Positions 56,240-64,000 of a stretch of 64,000 nt of DNA are shown here, one piece after another. This DNA comes from the human T2T-CHM13v2.0 reference genome, Homo sapiens: assembly GCF_009914755.1 (NCBI RefSeq), contig NC_060926.1. One strand, 5' to 3'. Numbering within the stretch: position 1 is the stretch's first letter; each line of letters begins with the position of its first letter. Made by a program: the position numbers and the translations under genes. The notes under the pieces are model-generated. The model saw nothing but the letters and a program-made list of their open reading frames with translations, was not told the origin of the DNA and did no database searches.

Positions 56240-56801
56240 GTGAGTGGCTGACCTGCACCATGCCCTGGCCTGGCAAGGCCATGCCCTGTGGCACCTCTTC
56301 TTTAAACTCCTAATTCCCAGAGCCCCAGGGGTATGAGGAAGCTGAGGTGCAATGAGGGAGTTTGATGCTTGGCAGGACAGATCATTCCATGTCCCTGAAA
56401 TTCCTCTCGAGTTTGGTAGAAGCAGTGCACTTGTAATAACTGGGGAGCTGACCTGGACCTGCTTTTAGATTCCTCTGCCCAAAGCATCCCCACTACACTG
56501 CCAATGCCTGCCTACCCCTGGGGGTTGGCTCAGTCCAGGACCCATGAGTTCTTCTCTTTATGTTAACTGTGGACACTCATCCATGTTGCACTGAAGCCTG
56601 GGGTGGGGAGGGAGCCCAGGTCTAGCCCCCATCCCCCATCCTTCCTGTAGTGTCCTCTGCAGGTGCACTCTCTATTTGAAATCCCTATTTGAAAACCACC
56701 GATCTTGTCCAGCTCCTCCCTTTAAAAATGAGGACAAAGAGCTCCAAGACAAGGAGCAAGGTGCTCAGGTGCTACTTCACTGGAGCCTTGGTGCCCTCCA
56801 G

Positions 56802-56943
56802 GTGCTGATGTCATCACCTTACAAGGGGGAGGGTCGTGGGATAGCCATGCTCAACCTCTTGAGGACCCTGAGCCAGAGCATCGCACCCTCCATGGCCGAC
56901 ATGTGGGAGCTGGAGATTGCGCTACTGGTCCGGTACCTGGAAG
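56802..56943 (+). CDS. MROH2A: MROH2A coding exon 16
   Basis: cag|VLMSSPYKGEGRGIAMLNLLRTL...LLVRYLE|gtgag. Confidence 0.9.
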
Positions 56944-57245
56944 GTGAGGTTCCTGGGGAGCCCATCCCAAGCCAACCCTCCAATCCGTGTATGTGCTGGG
57001 GTTCTAATCACATGACTTGAATAACAAGAGCTGAGGCTCACAGTTGACCCACACAGCCAGCCCACTTTTGTCCTGAGAACTGGTTGAGCAGCTTGGGAAG
57101 GTGAGGAGTGCAATGCAACGTGTGATGTGTTCATCCATGGAGGGCCTCAAATGCCACGCTAAGGAGGCATAGAGGGCCTTGAATACCAGGCTTAGGGGAG
57201 CAGTGGAAGAAAGTGGCATGTGTGACCATACATGTGTTCCTGCAG

Positions 57246-57298
57246 AACATACTGAGTTCACTTGGGATCAGAAAGCCTGGGAAGACAAGCTGATTCAG
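57246..57298 (+). CDS. MROH2A: MROH2A coding exon 17
   Basis: cag|(E)HTEFTWDQKAWEDKLIQ|gtaaa. Confidence 0.88.
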
Positions 57299-57754
57299 GT
57301 AAACGGGTAACAAGTTTGCTGAGGCCTGGGAGGAGGAGAAAGATGGGAGCAGATGGAAAGGCATTTGGTGGGCTGGGCACATGAGGAGTTTAGAAGCCCC
57401 TAAAGGACATGTTCTCCTTCTGTCAGAGAAGACTTGGGAGTTACAAAGTCTATAGCTGTGTCCATCCCCAGGGGAGAACTGAGAGAACCTTCCATCCCGA
57501 GAGCCAGGTGGCCAGGAGGGCAGCAGGGAGTGATACCCCTTCTGCTAGCCGCCAGAGCCACAGCCATTCCTCAGACCCACAGATCATTATTAGCACTGGA
57601 TCAGGGATCTATGGACTTAGTGATCTGGAGATGTGGGCAAGGGAAGCGAGAGAGGGCAAGTCAGTACTCAAGGTCCCGTAGCATTCCCAGAGCCCAGGCA
57701 AGAACAAGGATGAAGGCCTTTGGCCCTTCTCACCAACGTCTTGTGCCTCCCCAG

Positions 57755-57862
57755 TTTCTGCGAAACTCCCTCAAGAAGACCCGGGGGTCTAGCTGGAGCC
57801 TGCGCTTGAGTAAAGAGCTGAACAACCAGATTGCGAGCTTTGACAGCCCCTCTCTGGAGAAG
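57755..57862 (+). CDS. MROH2A: MROH2A coding exon 18
   Basis: cag|FLRNSLKKTRGSSWSLRLSKELNNQIASFDSPSLEK|gtttg. Confidence 0.9.
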
Positions 57863-58119
57863 GTTTGTCTTCATAGGGACAGGAGAGTTTGGACAAGGAG
57901 TAGACTCCAGGGGTGATGGAGTGGAGAGGATAACACCGTGTGTGTGAGATCAGCTGGACCTGTGGCTGTTTACAGGGTCCTGGGAGGAGAGGAGCGTGGT
58001 CTGGATTGGTGGTTTTAGTTTTGTTTTGGTTTATTTTTTTGCTTTGTTTTGTTGATCCTCCAGATTCTGGCTAGCAATCACATGTGTGTATTTCTTTGTA
58101 AACACAAAACTATACCACA

Positions 58120-59450
58120 TTGCTACAAAATTCTAAAACATTTTTGAAAGAAATCAGTGAGGGTCTCAATAAATAGAAAGCACCCCATGTTCATGGATTG
58201 AAAGATGCTATAGTTCAAATGGTGATACTCTCCAAATTTATCTTCAGTTTTAGCATGACACCTATCACAATCCAAGCTAGTTCTTTTTTTTGATCCTAAA
58301 ATTGATCCTAAAATTTATATGGAAATACCAGAGGCTCTGAATAGCCAACAAAATTATGAGAAGAAGAATAAAGTTGGAGGACTCAAACTTCTCAATTTCA
58401 ACTTCTTACACAACTGCAGTAAAACTCCTTACACAATTGCAGTAAACAAGACAGTGAGATACTGGCATAAGGATAGATTGATAAAATAGAAGTGAGAGTC
58501 CAGAAATAAACTCTCACATTTATGGGTAATTTATTTTCAAGAAGGGTGCCAAGACAATTCAGTGGGGAAAGAATAGTTTTTTTCAACAAATGGGGCTAGG
58601 GTAACTAGAAATCCACATGCAAAAGAATGAAATTGGATATCTTCCTCACACCACACATAAAGCTGAATCAAAACGAATCACAGACCTAAATAAAAGAACT
58701 AAAATTATAAAATTCTAGAAAAACACAGGATAAATCTTGTGACCTTGGGTTAGGCAAAGCCTTCTTAGAGATGACACCAAAAAGCACAAGTGACAAAAAG
58801 AAATAAATTGGACATCATGAAAATTAAAACCTCTTGTGCTAAAAATAATACAATAGAGAAAGTGAAAAAGAAGCACATTAAGGAAGAACATGTTCTTCCA
58901 TAACAGATCAAAGACTTAAGTGTACAAAATAAAATAGAACCATGGAACAACTAGAAGAATATATTGATGAATATTTTTATAATGTTAACATGGAATAGCC
59001 TTTATATGCTTGCAAAGAAACCAAGAAAGACGAGGGAAAAGAGGTAAATTTTATAGATATTAACATTTTTTGTGTGCTTCTACTACTTCCTGTTTGTTTT
59101 CTCATCTCCAAAAACAATAATATTTACCTTATGGAGTCGTGGTGAGGATTTAATGAAATATGGATGGTTGCTCTTATTATGTCTCCAAATATAAAACAAA
59201 ATTCTTACAAATAACAAAGAAAAAGCCCACCAAAAAATGGGAAAAAGAATATAGCCAGAAATTCAAAGAATTAAAACGGATCATGAGAATATGAAAAGAT
59301 GATCAGCACAACTAAAAATCAAAGAAACACATCACAGTGAGAATGTTCCACTTCTCACTGATCATGACGTATGTTGGGGAGTAGGTGGAGAAATTGGTGC
59401 GCTTAGGTTTGTTGGAGGGAGTGTAAATTGGTTCAACTTACACAGAAGTT
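58120..59450 (+). mobile_element. Old L1 (L1M) ORF2 fragments
   Basis: CCATGTTCATGGATTG, AAAGTTGGAGGACTCAAACTTC, GGTGCCAAGACAATTCAGTGGGGAAAGAATAG. Confidence 0.8.
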
Positions 59451-59531
59451 GAACAAACTTACCCCTCCCCCTTTAACACGTATAACATGCCTGCCCTTAT
59501 GTAGTCTGACCTCCCAGAATAACCTGAACAC

Positions 59532-60065
59532 TTATTTTATTTATTTTTTTGAAATTTTTTATTTCCATAGGTTTTTGGGGAACTGGTGGTCTTCGGTTAC
59601 ATGAATAAATGGGAATTTGCAAGATTTTGGTGCACCCATCGCCCAAGCAGTATACGCTGCACCCAATTTGTAGTCTTTTATCCCCCACCCCTTTCCTACC
59701 CTTTCCCCCTGAGTCCGCAAAGTCCATTGTATCATTCTTATGCCTTAGCATCCTCATAGCTTAGCTCCCACTTATGAGTGAGAACATACGACGTTTGGTT
59801 TTCCATTCCTAAGTTACTTAGAATAATAGTCTCCAATCTCATCCAGGTTACTGCAAATGCCAGTAATTCATTCTTTTTTGTGGCTGAGTAGTATTCCATT
59901 ATATATATATATAATATGAACTGATATATGTATATATAAACTGATATATGTATGTATGTATATATCAGTTTCTTTATCCACTCATTGATTGATGGGCATT
60001 TGGGCTGCTTCCACATTTTTGCACTTGTGAATTGTGCTGCTGTAAACGTGTGTGCAAGTATCTTC
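59532..60065 (-). mobile_element. L1PB-like 3' end, antisense
   Basis: Reverse reading gives KMWKQPKCPSINEWIKK...MEYYSA..KNE...TWM.LETIILS and the ATGAGGATGCTAAGGCATAAGAATGATACAATGGACTTTG 3' UTR. Confidence 0.88.
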
Positions 60066-60173
60066 TGCACATTAAAATAAATTGAAAAATACGTAGAAAA
60101 CTCTCTACAACAGCACCCCCTGAAGGCTGGCTGTAGGGAGGCCTGAGCTCCTTCCTCCCTTCTGCCTCTCCAG

Positions 60174-60293
60174 GGCTTTCTGTACCGGGCCTTGGGCTTC
60201 ACCTTGGCCACAGGCCTGGAGGCCAGCAAGGTGGAGGTCCTGCTGTTGGAGCTGCTGTACAAGACGGACTACAGCAATGACTTTGACAGCGAG
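60174..60293 (+). CDS. MROH2A: MROH2A coding exon 19
   Basis: cag|GFLYRALGFTLATGLEASKVEVLLLELLYKTDYSNDFDSE|gtgag. Confidence 0.9.
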
Positions 60294-60483
60294 GTGAGGG
60301 TGCCTGCAGCCTCCTCCTGTCCACCAGATGCCTCTGGACCCTCGGGGACATGTGTGTTCATGTGGCTGCATGCGTTTTGTGTGTGTGTGTGTACATGTGT
60401 GTGTGCCTTGCACGTGTGTGTGTGGGATCCTCCTCTGCCCACTGGCCCCTGCCCTCACCCTGGCTGGCTGGGTCTCCCTGCAG

Positions 60484-60606
60484 GGTGTGATTATGTGCTT
60501 TGGCCTGTGTGCCCGGGGCCAGGTAAAAACGGTGCTGAATGTGCTTCATGACTTCGAGGAGAGGATCCAGGAGTCAGAGCAGTCCTGGCAGATCAGTGCT
60601 TGGCGG
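60484..60606 (+). CDS. MROH2A: MROH2A coding exon 20
   Basis: cag|GVIMCFGLCARGQVKTVLNVLHDFEERIQESEQSWQISAWR|gtaag. Confidence 0.9.
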
Positions 60607-61876
60607 GTAAGCCACCTTCCCTCCACAACTGGGTCTTGGGATCTCTTAGCACAGTGCTCTGGGCACTGACACAAAGTCCTTTCTAGATCTCAGTAGGAAA
60701 CTTGCCTCACACGGAGTCTCCTGTCATCAAAATGGCTGAGACATTGTCTTACTCTGAGACCTCCTGGACAGAGCTTTTGCTATTGGATCATCTTAAAAAT
60801 GCAGGGTGGGCCTTTCCAGGACCCAGATACTGTCACGGAGTCCCAGCCCCTTGCTACTCATGGTGGGGTTCTCAGACTGGCAGTGGGGGCTCCCTGGGTG
60901 CTGATTGGAAATGTAGAGTCCCAGGCCCCACCCAGACCCACAGGATTTGAAGAAGCTGTTCAGGTAGTGCTCAGTGGGTGCTTGACACTAGGAGCTCTGC
61001 CTCAGTGAATGGACGGTGCTGGGATTGAGGGGCTCTAGCCACTGTTGCAGGGTGAGAACACTGAAGCTTGTCCATTGGCGTGCGGCTGGTTCCCTGGTGA
61101 AGCCAGTATTTGGACCCAGACAGCCCATGGCCCTATCCTCTGGAGGCTGCCCCTCCCTGCCACAGGAGATGGTCCCACCAGCTGGCTGAGCTCCTAGTGG
61201 GAAACCATCTGAAACCATCACCCATGCCTCAGGCTTTGCCCTTGACCTGGAACACTTGCCCTGGGGTCTGGTTGTTTGGATGAAGAAAATCGAGAGAGTC
61301 CCAGGCTTTCTTCCAGCTTTTCTGCAAAGAGGACCCGACACCTGGATTTCTACTCAGTCTGGCAGGGCACTGGGGCCCCTGCTCCCCATCCACAGTGGGT
61401 TTGGTGGCCTCCAACATCTCCTCCCACTCAGAGATTGTTCTGAGGGTGTGAGCACCGTGAGGGCAAAGTGGAGGCTGTCGGTTCCTGCTGGCTCTCCAGC
61501 CTCATGTGTGCCTGACCCATAGCCGGTGCCTGGTAGGTGAAGGTATGAGGTGGGCAAGCAGCCTCTGTTTAGGGGTGTTCACTTGAGCACCTCCCCCCAC
61601 AGCTGATGGGTGGTCTGGGCATCTATAGCCCTAGTCTGTCTTGCTCATTACTGCATGCCCAGTGCCTGGTGTCTAGTAGATGCTCAGTAAAGATGCACTG
61701 AGTGAATGAATGCATGCATGAAAATACGATGAACATTTCAGGCACCCAGAAAACAGTCAGGTGAAGCACCGCCGGCTGACTCAATGGATCCTTTGGTTGT
61801 GTGGCCAGAGACCATCACCTGCATCTGGAGCAGCCCCTGCTGCCCCCAGTGGTTCTTTTTCTCTTTGGCCTCGTAG

Positions 61877-62029
61877 AAGGACCATCCCTGGAGGCGGGAG
61901 ACAGTGAAAAGTGCCCTCATGGTGATGTATAGCTGCGTGGCCTCCTACTGCCACCCCCAGTTGCTCCTCAACCTCGTGGACAGCCCCATCACCGCTAAGA
62001 TCATTCACCATTATGTCAGCAGCTGCCAG
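61877..62029 (+). CDS. MROH2A: MROH2A coding exon 21
   Basis: tag|KDHPWRRETVKSALMVMYSCVASYCHPQ...HYVSSCQ|gtagc. Confidence 0.88.
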
Positions 62030-62464
62030 GTAGCCCCATCTGCTGCCTGGGGGGATGTCTTCTGGACCAGGCTGGTGGGTAGTAGCCTTCTGGCACTCTC
62101 TGGGCTCCTGCATCCCTACCCAGGGGACATCCAGGCATCTTACCTGATGCCCAGCACGTGGGAAGCCCATTGCCCAAATGTGCTGTTCTCTGTGCTTTGG
62201 TGTCATGCAGAGGGGCTGGGGGGCGGGTTGAGGATAGCCCCTCTTCCAGAGTGCTGGGTGGGGTCTCCAGAAGCCACAAGATGAGCCCCACCTCTTCCCA
62301 GCCTTACCCACTCCCTCTGCCCTTGCCTCTGGCCCTCTCTGACACTGACCCAGACCCTTTCATAAGGAACAAGAGGTGGGGTTGTCTTCATAGACATGTA
62401 AAGGAACTGGCTATTTTCTTGGAATGGCAAGGAGGGGAAAACACAGAGAATAAAGCAAAAACTG

Positions 62465-62830
62465 TTTTTATTTTTTAAAACTATGGCAAAATACACATAA
62501 CATAAAGTTTATCATCATAACCATTTTTAAGTATATATATATATATAGTTCAGTGGCATGAGGTACATTCACGTTATTGTGCAACTGTCACTGCCATCTG
62601 TCTCCAGAATTCTTCATTTTACAAAACCAAAATCCTATATCCATTCAACACCAACTCTCCATTCCCTTCTCCTCCCAGCCCTGGCAACCACCTTTACTCT
62701 TCCTGTCTGTGTGGCTTTGACTAGTCCAGGTACCTCATCTAAGTGCAATCATATGATAGTTGTCCTTGTGTGTCTGGCTTATTTCATTTATCATAATGTT
62801 CTCAAGGTTCATCCATGTAAAAGCAATCAT
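62465..62830 (-). mobile_element. L1MB-like 3' end fragment
   Basis: CATAACATAAAGTTTATCATCATAACCATTTTTAAG...GGCTTATTTCATTTATCATAATGTT. Confidence 0.75.
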
Positions 62831-62953
62831 TTTCTCAATAACCTCTCCTGCCTCTATGGTAACACATAGGGCTCGGGGCCCCTGGTCACTGAAGGCGGCC
62901 CCTGAGCTGCTTTGCTGCCCTCAGGAGGCTTGGGAAGGTGGCATCTTCCGTGG

Positions 62954-63308
62954 TGTATTAGTTCGTGTTAACGCTGCTGCTAAAGGCATACCTGAAACTG
63001 GGAACAAAAAGAGGTTTACTTGGACTTAGAGTTCCACATGACTAGGGTGGCCTCAGAATCATGGCGGGAGACAAAAGGCACTTCTTACATGGTGGCAGCA
63101 AGAGAAAAATGAGGAAGAAGCAAAAGTGGAAACCCCTGATAAACCCATCAGATCTTGTGAGACTTATTCACTATCATGAGAATAGCATGGGAGAGACTGG
63201 CCCCCATGATTCAATTACCACCCGCTGGGTCCCTCCCACAACACATGGGAATTCTGAGAGTTACAATTCAAGTTGAGATTTGAATGGGGACACAGCCAAA
63301 CTATATCA
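62954..63308 (-). mobile_element. THE1 MaLR solo LTR
   Basis: TGTATTAGTTCG...GGGGACACAGCCAAACTATATCA. Confidence 0.88.
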
Positions 63309-63548
63309 CGTGTGGACCCAGGTGCTGCACCTCACCTCGTATCCCCGCCATGTGCCTGTGGCCCTGCCATGTGGCAGGTGCTCCATTCATGTGGTCGAAG
63401 GACAGAGTGAGGCTGGCCATCTCTCAGAGCATTCAACATTAAACGCTTTCTTCAGAGCAGAGGGAGTCCAGGAGCAGAAGCTGCAGCTTGGATTCTTCTG
63501 GGGCTGCTCACAAACATTCTCTCCCTCCTTTTCCCCTTCTGGGCTCAG

Positions 63549-63671
63549 GACATCTGTCTCAAAATGGCCTTCATGAAGAGTGTTGTGCAGGTTACCAAGG
63601 CCATCAACAACATCAAGGACCTGGAGGACTTTCACTTTGCCCAGAAGACGACTCTTACCAGCATTATAGTG
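63549..63671 (+). CDS. MROH2A: MROH2A coding exon 22 (gene continues beyond the window)
   Basis: cag|DICLKMAFMKSVVQVTKAINNIKDLEDFHFAQKTTLTSIIV|gtaag. The 22 exons splice to 2571 nt = 857 codons with no stop. Confidence 0.9.
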
Positions 63672-64000
63672 GTAAGCTGGGTGGGGCACCTCCTTGGTCC
63701 TGTTCCTGGTTTTGGGGTCTAACTCCCTGCGGTGAGAGGTTTTCAAAGTTCCTGAGGGCATCTGCAGAGCTCTCTGAAGTCCTTCCCTGTCTTGGCTCTG
63801 CTTTGTCCTAACTGTAGGAGTTCTGAGAATGATTTTTGTATCTGATAAAGAGTTTCACAGCCAGTCAACTGTTTGGAAACCAGGGTGGGAGATTCTGGCT
63901 GTCCTGGGTCCTGCAGTGCCCAGGGCAGCTGGTTAAGGCCTGATAGACAGAGATTCCCTGGGCCGGCTTGGCTGTAGCTTCCCTGTCTCTCCGTGGGAGG

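Overview
Human genomic DNA (chr2q37.1, identified from recognised protein sequences) covering the 3' end of the UGT1A cluster and the 5' half of MROH2A. In order: the 3' part of a UGT1A3/4/5-like first exon (by position UGT1A2P), a full-length THE1 MaLR provirus, a decayed extra UGT1A exon-1 relic at about 5.8-6.3 kb, a minus-strand DNAJB3-like pseudogene with a CpG-island promoter, the UGT1A1 PBREM enhancer and A(TA)6TAA promoter, UGT1A1 exon 1, shared exons 2-4, alternative exon 5b and exon 5a (1602-nt CDS reconstructed), then 22 coding exons of MROH2A (857 codons, running off the window). The rest is Alu, L1, MaLR/ERV LTR, MIR/L2, DNA-transposon and simple repeats, which explain most ORF-track entries. 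I see no evidence of a wholly new biological system. The best candidates for undescribed features are the degenerate UGT1A first-exon relic, inverted-Alu pairs bracketing UGT1A exon 5b and MROH2A coding exons 3-4, a recursive-splice-like site and a GC-AG intron in MROH2A, and a 900-nt G-free AT-rich array. Repeat subfamily names come from memory of consensus sequences and need a RepeatMasker/Dfam check.
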